Origin: Paraspadella gotoi
Lineage: Eukaryota; Animalia; Chaetognatha
Length of the DNA: 64,000 nucleotides
Reading direction: 5' to 3'
Assembly (NCBI GenBank): GCA_051294375.1
Contig: CM119264.1
Span: forward strand, 19,847,590-19,911,589
Under the pieces are notes generated by a model, which searched no databases, was not told the DNA's origin, and worked only from the letters and a program-made list of their open reading frames with translations. Position numbers and translations under genes: made by a program. This document shows positions 53,145 through 64,000 of this stretch, piece by piece. Each line of letters opens with the position of its first letter. The first letter of the stretch is position 1.

Positions 53145-55315
53145 GTAAGTTTTAAATTGGTTATATTATTATAATATCAAATAATTATGCACAAAACAGT
53201 CAATAAAATATAACACTTTGAATCATAATAAAACGCTGCAAATAATAATTTGCTGAAATGTATAGATTGACGATTATCTTGATTTCAGATAATGTCCTAG
53301 ATAAAATATTTAATATACATATATATATTATTAATATTATTTTTTATTAACTTTCTTTTTATAAATTTTTTACTATTATTGAGAAAGTGGTGTTGTATAA
53401 TTTTTTAATTAGATAACCATAGCATACCTCATTCTTGTAAGAAAATCATAATATCTAAAAGGATGAACAGAAAGGGATGCAAATGAATATTTTTTTAGAA
53501 GACAAAGTTTATATATGGTTTTTTACATTTCAATGTGACACACTGAAAACTGCTAATAGAAACAAATCGCCATTGGAAAACATGTAAATATTTATTTAAT
53601 CTTAAACATTTTTGGTGTAACAAAAACCAAAATCATTTTCATATCTGAATTTCATTGATGGCTTTTGATTTGATGCGGCAATGAGCGGAGACAAAAATGT
53701 TGTGTCATTTTAAAACCCAAAAGCTTTTTTTCAATCTTTTTGTCTTACTTAAAAATTAAAGAACTTTTATATAAAATAGTATTAATATTATTATCTTCTG
53801 AAAGCTCTTTAAAATGAGAAGGGCATATTTCAGAATACTTTAATATAATAATTTAGATATTCAAAACCTAAACTATATTTTTTTAAATTTATAACCTATT
53901 TTAACTATAATAATTTAACTAATTATTGTTTGTATAGGTATCATAAAAAGCTGGGGAAAAACTAAATTAAAAAAGCTAATAGTGTTTCAAAAATTATCCT
54001 TTAACGAAAATTGGTTTTTGATGCAACAACGATTTTTTTTCTATAAGCAGTAAAGCGTAGCAAAAATATTGAAATCAAGGAGAATCAAAATTTGAATTGA
54101 AAATAATGAACATTTTTAAATAAAAAAAAATCATTTGTCAATTTTTGCATAGCCCATATTTAAACATAGTACTCACCATGGAATATGTTAAAATTTTAAA
54201 ATGTTTTTTTATTTTTGAAAGCAGATTCGAATTCCTCAAGAAAATTTTTAGAAAATTATTTTATTAAGTGGGAGTAAATCATTAAAAAATATTATAATTA
54301 ATTATAATCCTCAAGAAAATTTTTAGAAAATTATTTTATTAAGTGGGAGTAAATCATTAAAAAATATTATAATTAATATATAATTAAATTTGAGTATAAA
54401 AAATACAATAATGAAAGAATTTTTGATTAAGACTTATATTTTCTTTTATTAACTTTGTATAAGGAATTCGAATCTCGAAAAAATATTTTTAAAATTTTGA
54501 CATTTTCTATTTATAAATATGGGTTAATATAAAATTTAAGAAATTTAAAAACATATTTTATACAGTCCTGTGCAAAAAAACGCAACACTTTATAACTTTA
54601 AATTCCAGACACTATATCATTTAAGTATAATTTTTTTTAAAAAAATTATATAAAAAATTAAAACTTGGTAAAAAAAGAATGAATATGACTAAATTTTATT
54701 ATAATCGGTGAAGTGGTTTAGGAGATATGATTTTTTTTTGTTCCAAAAACAAACGGAAAAATTAACTTTTATCTACACGGATTTTTTTTAACTAAAAAAC
54801 TATAAAATAAAAAAGGTTGTGTTAGTACAAACATTGTAAAAGAACTCAAATTATTAAAATTTTATAAAAACTATATTTAGCTTACATAATATGAAAATAA
54901 AGACCCATATAAATATTTCAGTAAGTTTATTTACAAATTTTATATTTTATTAACTGTTTGTTAACTATATTTATTAATAAATAATAATAAAAAAAAGCTA
55001 AAATGAAAAAAATTGAATTTTTAAAATTTTAAAACCGGATTTGAATTCCTTACAAAAAGTTGATATAAGAAAGTATAATGCATTTTAACAAAGTCTTTCA
55101 TTAAGTTGGTTAAAAATGTTAAAAACTATTTTTTTATTTAATTTTTTTAATTTTTGGCTTAAAATTATAGTTTTTCTGAACTTTGACCAACTTAATTATA
55201 TAATTTTAAATAAAAATTATATTTTCAATCAATGTTCTCTAGTACAAGAGTGTTTATTAGAGTAGAGCACTGGGTAACATAAATTTTATTTGAGTGAACA
55301 AACAAGGACATTTAG

Positions 55316-56688
55316 TAAGGGGTGAACTTAGATATTATTTTGCCTGATTAACTGAGCAAAGTGTTACTGAAATTGCCTAGGTAAAGAAATGATTTTTTTT
55401 ATTTAAGATAGGCAGTTACTACTACTATTAGGCAGTTTCTGAATCAAAATAGTTTGCTTATATTTATTTTTAAAGATAAATAAAACAATATATTTTCTTT
55501 TATTGTTTTAATTTCGTTAAAAACTATATTTTCAATTTGTTATTACTATATTTTAAGCCCAAAAATACTTTTCCCAGATGGCATGAAATATGACTATCAG
55601 CATTAAGTATGTAAACTACCAGACCGAGAACCAATAAAATTATTAAAGAAGATTAATTCATTGATAAATAAAAAAAATAACAGATAATGAAGAAATTAGT
55701 AATAACAATAAGGATGCATACATTTAAAGAGATTTGCAATGTAATGTATTCAGTTGTATCCTGATATGATTGACAAGATTAAAACCTTGATCAAAGATGA
55801 TATAAAAATGTACACAAGACTCAAGTCGCCCAAAAATGTTTTGTATCTTATTTAGAAGGTCAAAGCTCATTAGCATATATGGATTACTCAATACCTCCCT
55901 AGCGGATAAAAAAGTCGAGCTCGATATGGAAAGTAAATATTCTAAAGATATGATTTTCAAATAAAAAAAATCTAAAAAAATCCTCCTATTTTTTTATCAT
56001 TAACAAAGATTTTAAGTAAAAAATGACATTCTTGAACATACTGAAAATTTTTTATCTTAATTAAAAACAAATATATAATAGATTCCAACCTCTTTCACCA
56101 AACACCAAATACGAAACACCAAACATATTTTTAACTATTAATTTTTTTTATAAAATTATTTTATCTTTCATTAAAAATATTTGGGCTAAAACTAATTGAA
56201 TTTCAATGTTGAGCAAATTAAAGTTTTATATTTGATAAAGATTTTGTTCAAAAATTAATACCGAAAAATATCCTATTTTGTTATTTTTTAAATTTTATAT
56301 GAAAATTTGCAAAATTATTTGTTTCACTATCTTATATTTTTATATTTTATGAATGTTTTACTATTTAAACTATATTATTTAATTATATATATATTACTTT
56401 TTAAAAATATTATTTGCTTATTATATCTAATAGCTCATTTTGAAAGGGGAGGTCAGTGTTGTCTCCTGGAAATAGAGGGAGCATCTATATAACACAAGGT
56501 TAGACTACAATAAAATACAATTAGACTACAATATTTAATTTAATATTATTTGGCTTCAAATTATTAAAGATAACCTTTCCCTTTTAAATCTTAGCAAATT
56601 AGATCATAAGTTTATCAGTTATATCTTAGTTTTAAACATCCTTTCCTCAATTAAAAAAGAAAAAATCTTTGCCTAAGTTCACCCCTTA
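55316..56688. mobile_element. 8-bp-TSD DNA transposon derivative
   Basis: TIR taaggggtgaacttag, TSD a(c/t)atttag. Confidence 0.7.
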
Positions 56689-56824
56689 ATATTTAGACGT
56701 GAGATAGTATGATTAAGAAACAAAAAAATGTTTTGCTTATATTGTTTGGAGAACAGTATCATTAATTACAATATATTTACAGTAATATCCTTATAAAATA
56801 ATAAATTTTCAAAATATTTTTAAG

Positions 56825-57075
56825 TTTTGAAAAAATTATTCGACATTATTGTGTAATCCTTTCGTTTTGTTGCTTTAGGAATATGCAGGAATAAGTTTGA
56901 TTTGTTTGTGACAACGATTTGTTTTATTTCAGTTTAGAAACGGCTTTGAAACATGTCCGTTTCTAAAGTGAAATAAAACAAATCGTTGTCACAAACAAAT
57001 CAAACTTATTCCTGCATATTCCTAAAGCAACAAAACGAAAGGATTACACAATAATGTCGAATAATTTTTTCAAAA
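56825..57075. repeat. Near-perfect ~118-bp-arm palindrome of a family 1 3' end including the tail
   Basis: Arms mirror around the loop ctttgaaacatgt (3' half of the hammerhead). Confidence 0.8.
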
Positions 57076-57083
57076 TTTTTATT

Positions 57084-57269
57084 TGTAAAATTAATACAAC
57101 GATTTTTATTAAGAGACTGACATGTTTCGGCTTGTTGGCTTCAAGCATTCATGCAGGCTTGAAGCCAACAAGCCGAAACATGTCCGTCTCTTAATAAAAA
57201 TTGTTGTATTAATTTCACAAATACTTTGCCTTCTCTAAAATAAAAAAAAACGAAAAGAAAGGATTATCG
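57084..57269. mobile_element. Family 1 hairpin insertion with two partial hammerheads
   Basis: 13-bp TSD caaaatttttatt (57071-57083/57270-57282), tail aacgaaaagaaagga. Confidence 0.7.
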
Positions 57270-58710
57270 CAAAATTTTTATTAAAGATTCTGATTCTTCA
57301 TAAAAATTTAGATAAAAAATATAAAATATGTTATTAAATATTTTAATGTTTTCAATATCAAAAATGGAAAAAACGGTCAAAATTATCTACTTTTTTACGC
57401 TCTGTAGTAAAAACTATTATATGATAAAAATTTTTAGTCATTTTTCGCAGCTTTACCTCAAAATATCATAAAACTTATTTTACAAAAGTTTTTTTTTCGG
57501 TGAATCCGAAACTGTTCTTTAATTTCAAAAAAATATTTAAATTTTATGATTTTATAAGGATATTACTTTAAAGAAAATTCAATTAATGATACTGTTATGC
57601 ACATTTTTTTTGAAAAGAGGCTTAATTATTTTTTATCACATATAAAAAGGCAGCAAAAAACATTGTTCCATCGATCAATGTTTTCATCACTCAACCTTAC
57701 TGTTCATGATCAACTATTCGAATTCTGATCGGCAACCTTAACTACGCCTTAATAAGCAGATATGTTTTGACTCTAATGCGAGTCTTCATCAGCGCACTGA
57801 TGAGGACTCGCATTAGAGTCAATACATGTTTGCTTAAAATAAAATTAATAAATATTTAATGAGTCTTTTTAAAAAGAAGTTAAAATAGTTTAAAAAGAGG
57901 GTTAAAATAGTTTTTAAATTCTTTTCATTGAAGCCAACAAGCCAACAAGCCGAAACATGTCCGTCTCTTAAAAAAATTGTTGTATTAATTTCACAAATAC
58001 TTTGCCTTCTCTAAAATAAAAAAAAACGAAAAGAAAGGATTATCGCAAAATTTTTATTAAAGATTCTGATTCTTCATAAAAATTTAGATAAAAAATATAA
58101 AATATGTTATTAAATATTTTAATGTTTTCAATATCAAAAATGGAAAAAACGGTCAAAATTATCTACTTTTTTACGCTCTGTAGTAAAAACTATTATATGA
58201 TAAAAATTTTTAGTCATTTTTCGCAGCTTTACCCTCAAAATATCATAAAACTTATTTTACAAAAGTTTTTTTTTTCGGTGAATCCGAAACTGTTCTTTAA
58301 TTTCAAAAAAATATTTAAATTTTATGATTTTATAAGGATATTACTTTAAAGAAAATTCAATTAATGATACTGTTATGCACATTTTTTTTTGAAAAGAGGC
58401 TTAATTATTTTTTATCACATATAAAAAGGCAGCAAAAAACATTGTTCCATCGATCAATGTTTTCATCACTCAACCTTACTGTTCATGATCAACTATTCGA
58501 ATTCTGATCGGCAACCTTAACTACGCCTTAATAAGCAGACATGTTTTGACTCTAATGCGAGTCTTCATCAGCGCACTGATGAGGACTCGCATTAGAGTCA
58601 ATACATGTTTGCTTAAAATAAAATTAATAAATATTTAATGAGTCTTTTTAAAAAGAAGTTAAAATAGTTTAAAAAGAGGGTTAAAATAGTTTTTAAATTC
58701 TTTTCATTGA
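57159..58710. repeat. Near-identical ~780-bp tandem duplication
   Basis: Junction near 57930 with ttga microhomology inside a hammerhead stem II. Confidence 0.85.
57753..57836. ncRNA. Head-to-head pair of degenerate hammerheads (duplicate at 58532-58615)
   Basis: CUGAUGA + gacuc/gaguc on both strands; GAAA decayed to AAUA (+) and AAAA (-). Confidence 0.6.
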
Positions 58711-58802
58711 TGAAAAAATGGTTTCAACAATATATAGTTTTTTTATTATTGCGATAACAGCTAAAAAACTTTATAAACATAAAAGAATCATAATTTTTGC
58801 AG

Positions 58803-59050
58803 CATTGCCTAATTGGTATGATGAAAACGACTCTGACATTGAGTTTACTTCTGAATTACCAGAATATAATTTACCAGAGAAAAGAGAAAAGACAAAATTA
58901 AATGTATTTGACAAAAAAGAACCAAAAGATAATGCCAAGAAAATAAAACCTGTGATTACCGAAGTTTCTGACTGGAAAAAGTTGAATAAGTCTCAAGAAA
59001 TTACTGAACAGAATTCAATAAAATTATGCTGGGCACAGGGAAAAATTCAG
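58803..59050 (+). CDS. PEVK-like exon B3 (1 nt short near the 3' end)
   Basis: gcAG/GTAAAA, 248 nt versus 249 nt in B1. Confidence 0.6.
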
Positions 59051-59184
59051 GTAAAATCAGTTTTTTTCAATTACTATATAGTATAATAAAAGTAAAAACA
59101 ATTTTATGTAATGTGTTTAATAAAAGATTTAATGTTCCTTCTTTTCACTTAACAATACCTATAATAATACATATTGTCTTAAAG

Positions 59185-59406
59185 ATGATGACGAATTTCC
59201 AGATATGCAATTTTCAAAAAAAATTAATAAGGTAGATGAGTTTAGATCTGATTATGATAATCTTAAACCTTGGAATAAAGAAGAACAATCAGCTGAGAAA
59301 AAAGAAAATGATAATATTTCCCTCCTAAAGATGAAAAAGTTAACTGACAAAAAATGTATTGATTCACGCTTACCAGAAGAAGATATTTCTACTAATTTAA
59401 CAAAAG
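59185..59406 (+). CDS. PEVK-like exon C3
   Basis: aAG/GTAATA, 222 nt, open. Confidence 0.75.
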
Positions 59407-61804
59407 GTAATATGCCCAGAACAAAAAAGAGATAGCATTATACTTTGTAAAATTTAACTAATTTTTATGAGAACTATGGAATGGGTTCTGACTTAAAACT
59501 TGCCCTCATAGGAAAAAATACTATTTCCTTTGATAATTTGTACTTAACAATATCTATAAAAAAATTAGTTTAATAAATCCTTTAATTAGTTCATGTTTAG
59601 CTTAAGTCAGCTACGCGTTCATAAAGTATACATTTCCATGGATCCTTCCAAAGCTAAGTAGCTGATAATGATAAAGTCTTTACATTAATGGTACTATTGT
59701 ATAAATAATGAGTTGAGACAGATGGAATATTGATCATAAGTGCTGTTGGGCGTTATATTTAATTCACCCCACACTGCATAATCCAAATAAATTGTGATAC
59801 TGCCCTAAGGCCAAAATTCAATGAAATCATATTAAAAAAAATCTTACTACATACCTGTAATCTAGTAAATTATGCTGTCTAAATAACTAAATGAATAGTT
59901 GTACCAATTTCATAAAATTAAGCTCCTTTTATTTTGATGCTAGGGCGGAGTACAATATAGTATTCCCCAATCTAATAATTTTCATACAATTGAAACATTC
60001 TTTTAAATATTGTACCACTTCATAGATAAGGAAGCCAGGTACTCTGAGAGTGAATAAATGAGACAGAGAGAGTCTTGATTGACAGCTTGTAGGGAGCTGT
60101 TATGTTATTATCTTGTAAGAGTGATAGAGACCTTAAACTACCAAAACCTGTCCAAAGTCAGGGTCAAGATAGCTTATTTATTAAATGAATGGATAATTTT
60201 CTATTAGTTGTACCATTTTCATTTCATACATCAATGGTTTTATAAGTGTGGGACGTAATCCCGGTAATTATATGGTACTTCAACTTCAAGTTTAAGATAT
60301 ATAATTGTAAAAAAGTATCTGTTTTATATTGCTTGCTATGCAGTTTTGGCTTATGCTAGAAATTCGAATTTTTAGTTGATATTTTCTTTTAAGGTATTCT
60401 AATAATCCCACATGGTATAAATTTTTTTTTTTTTAATTTTTTTAAATTTAAAAAAAAATTTCTGATCACAAACTTTGATGCTTAATACAGTGTTTTTCCC
60501 TTACAAATGTTTAGATGAAGTACTTTAGGATAAGAATATATTTGGATTATTACATATATTAGTCTACTCTGCAGTAATAATTTGCTTAAGCTATAAAAAA
60601 TTGTAGTATTAATATTTATATTAATACAATAATACTTAGAATGACCTTTGGTCTTGGATTTTTAGTTTGAGAAATCCTTAACAGAACTCTTTCAATACCA
60701 AAATATAAAAATCTCTTTAGTTGCTCTTTGTAACTTCTGTAGAAGTGCGAATATAATTAATTTTCAATCATTCCAGCAAGGAGCAAACATGACTCCTGGT
60801 TATCATTTCTTGAGATATAAAAAAGTAAACAATTTCATAAAATAGTTCAACATGTTGAAGGATCAATAAGGGGGCAACATTCAAGTCAAAACCTTGTACA
60901 TCATATATTTGTGTTAAAATATTCATATTTATGTTGATTCTCGTTTTAAGATTATAACTTGGGTTATGTCCATAGATTTATATTTATATAAAATGTGTAA
61001 ACTATATATTAAAAATTTTTTAAACAAAATTGACCTAATCATCATCATTTAAATGTTATAAACTAATTAAGAAAAAGTGAGTTTTATTTAAATGACAAAA
61101 CATGTCTTTCATTTGGTGCTTTAAACACAATTGAGAGAAAGAAACAATATTTTAAATTATATTTACGCAAAATTTACTTTTGATATTAATTATATTTTGT
61201 ATTGACAAATATGTATTTATGAGCTTTAAATTTGAGTTAAAGTAATTCTTAAAATTTTCAAAATTATAATCTTATTAAAATTTAATCATTGGTTGAAATT
61301 AGGTTGCTAACTACTACAAATACAATGTTTATAAAGAGGAATGGCGGATCAAAGGCAATCATGGAAAAGTCAGATTGTATTTTCTAGGCTTGTGATTAGT
61401 CAAGGAGTTTTCCACATTGACAAATAATTGGGTGGCGATTACATTGGGTATTGGAGTGGTCGACCTGTTGATCCGATTCCATTCCATTTAGGTTCCATTG
61501 CTCCTGAGATGATCAAGTCTTCCACCAAAATTAATTAAATTCTATTTCTGATGTAAAGAATGAAATAATTTAATGTTTCTATGTACCAATTACAATTACA
61601 ATTAACTTATTAGCAGGATTGACGTCCTTTGCTCAAACTTGCTTTTATCAGTTTTAGTCAATAACTTTCATAGTTTGATTTAAATTTCCATTTTAAACCA
61701 AATATATTTTTTTAAATTTGAAATAAAAATATAAAATAATTTTTCCTTTTCCTTTTACCTAACTTCTATACTCACATCCACATTACCAAAATATGATCTC
61801 TCAG

Positions 61805-61966
61805 TTAAAGGAGAAGAGTTGGAAAAATTTGAAAAAAAAGTAAATGAAACACCTAAAAAAATACCATTGAACATTCCTGGAACTGATGGCGAAAAAATTA
61901 AAAAAACAAATGAGAAGACTAAAACCCCTACAATGGATGTAATAACTAGCAAATTTAAAAAATCAG
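61805..61966 (+). CDS. 5'-shortened D-type exon D4
   Basis: The first available AG (ctctcAG) gives 162 nt, open, phase 1-1, CAG|GTAAAG; D-homology extends about 30 nt upstream. Confidence 0.6.
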
Positions 61967-62069
61967 GTAAAGTAAACTAAAGAAATCTGAATAATCAATA
62001 GTTCTATACACAATACACAAGCACCAATTCTATTTTTAAATTTATCTTTTAAAAATTGGATATTCATAG

Positions 62070-62288
62070 GATCCAATGAATTACTTGGTATGAAATTAAC
62101 AAAACAACTTAAAGAGCCAGAAGATAATATGTCAAGTGGAATTCTTCTTAAACCTTGGGAAAATGAAAAAGATACGGAATCAGATGAAAAAGAATTACAA
62201 GCAACAAATGAGAATGAAAAAATGAAATTCCCGGAAAAAGAAAATAAAAAACTTCATGTAGCAGAACAAGAAAAATTATCATCAAAAG
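62070..62288 (+). CDS. PEVK-like exon E2
   Basis: catAG/GTTAAA, 219 nt, open, phase 1-1. Confidence 0.75.
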
Positions 62289-62351
62289 GTTAAATTACTA
62301 ATTTAAAATTAAGTTTTGACTTTTACAAAAAATCAAAACATTTCAGAATGT

Positions 62352-62700
62352 TTTAGATAAAGATTACAGTTGGGAGTACAGGTACAATATTTTAATTCAT
62401 GACCAATATTTTGATCCATTGGAGTGATCATCTTCAGGGCTAAATAAAAAGGTAAATAGAGCAAAAAAAAGAAGAGAGAGACAGAGTGAGTGACCAAAAT
62501 AAGGGATTAATCCCTCCACCCCTCCTTGTTTTTAAAGTCATTGTCCACGTCCTGGGCCACAGTCTCGGCGCCTTATCCACAAAGCCTCTTCAACCTACTC
62601 ATTTGGCCCTGAAGATGATCTGTCCAATGGATCGAAATTTTGGTCACGAATGAAAATATTTTACCTGTACTCCCAAGTGTAATCTTAATCTAATTCATTA
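62352..62700. mobile_element. PLE family 2 remnant; hammerhead motifs at 62604-62646 (+) and 62400-62442 (-); tail continues at 63276-63310
   Basis: ~90-bp IR, same internal sequence as 45346 and 48529, interrupted by a Tc1 relic. Confidence 0.7.
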
Positions 62701-63275
62701 CTATCTAGGAAAAAAGTATATAACATTTTTAATAACAGATATCTACTCGAAAACTTGTTTGATTTAAAAAAAATCAGAATGTTTTCAAATTTACATTAAA
62801 TTTTTTTTCAGTAGCTTCCCTCTTTTTTTTTGTAGGTCAAATCGTTTAGAAGTTAGAGGCAAAAAAATATTGTTACTTCAAATGAAAAGTGTTGAAAAAA
62901 ATCATATTTAATTTTCCACCATTTTTGGTATTTAGTTATTTGTTTTTTATTTCGAATAGAGTTAATTATTTTTTTTTAATTTGGTAATGCTGAAGGCCTT
63001 GCACCTTTTCTTGGTTCAAAAATGTACTATTATAGCTCTGAGAAAAGAGGGAAAGATGCGCAACAATAACATCGGGGCTAAAAAAATTGCATTAAAGATG
63101 TAGAAAAATATTTCACTGTCATACCTCAATTTCCTGTATGAGAGCATGCCCAGATGAATGCAGGCAGTAGTCAATGCCGAGGAAGAGCATACCAAATATT
63201 AAGAATGTTTTACCCATGTTTTGTGTACTTTTTATTGAATTAATGAATTATGTTATATACTTTTTTCCTAGATAG
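62701..63275 (+). mobile_element. Internally deleted Tc1 transposon
   Basis: TIR ctatctaggaaaaaagtatataacat, TA TSD, 63122-63202 reads YLNFLYESMPR*MQAVVNAEEEHTKY* (Tc1 C-terminal SMP.R..AV....G.TKY); paralogs are empty; a related TIR starts at 63701. Confidence 0.85.
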
Positions 63276-64000
63276 TATCTTGGTACATGTGATGACTCTC
63301 AAAGAATTTCATATTTTTACCCTTTTTTTTTCTATCAATTTTTTTCTGAAAAATTATTTATTTTGTGAGAGTATCTTCTTATTGAAAAGAACATATTTCA
63401 ATAGCAATACCCCAATATTCTAAAATTTGAACAATCCTTTTGAATACTTTAAAATTTTTTTTTTTTTTTAAATAAAATAAAATCTCACTTCATCATTCAA
63501 TGTATTTTATTTTAATTTTTTTATGCTAAAAAAGTTCACTGCAATGAAAAAAACTACCTTAATACTGAAAATGTTTTAAAAATTAAGATCTAAAATTAAT
63601 GCAATAACCTAAACTGGTTATAAAGGCGGGTCAAAATTTATACCTTTGTATCATTAAGAATTCTGTAATACACAATTAATTTATCCATTCTATATATATA
63701 CTATCTAGGAAAAAAGTAAATAAAAGACTTATGTATGTATGTTTTATTTGTTTTCTGTACTGAATCAACCTTGTTACATTCGAATAAAAACATTGTTAAA
63801 AATTTATTTATTTAATAAACAATATATAAAACTTGGGTAAGACATTATCAATATTTGGTATGCCCTCCCTGAGCTTTAATATGGATGTTGTGCGTCTTTC
63901 CCTCTTTTCTGATATCTATAATAGCACTTTTTTGAACCAAAAAAATTGCAATGCCTTTAGCTTGCCAATTTAAAATTAAATAACTAACTCTATTTGAAAT

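Overview
This is very AT-rich, intron-rich eukaryotic (animal-like) genomic DNA with two small N gaps, so prokaryotic readings such as CRISPR or operons do not apply. The + strand carries the middle of one giant titin/twitchin-like gene, with no start or stop in the window. It has four I-set Ig exons (a duplicated pair), a 63-nt exon, a 4482-nt exon with three copies of an unrecognised ~120-aa domain, and then segmentally duplicated K/E/P-rich (PEVK-like) exons; all exons are symmetric phase 1-1. The introns are packed with non-autonomous elements: TA-, TTAA- and 8-bp-TSD MITEs (several with empty paralogous sites), DINE-1/HINE-like repeats, tRNA-derived SINEs and a Tc1 relic. The main hidden signal is two families of short fold-back insertions carrying minimal type I hammerhead ribozyme motifs. 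Family 1 has an unpaired conserved 3' tail and 10-17 bp TSDs, and family 2 retains a Penelope-type GIY-YIG C-terminal fragment. Both look like Penelope-like element (PLE) pseudo-LTR derivatives. Coordinates were read by eye and no database search was run.
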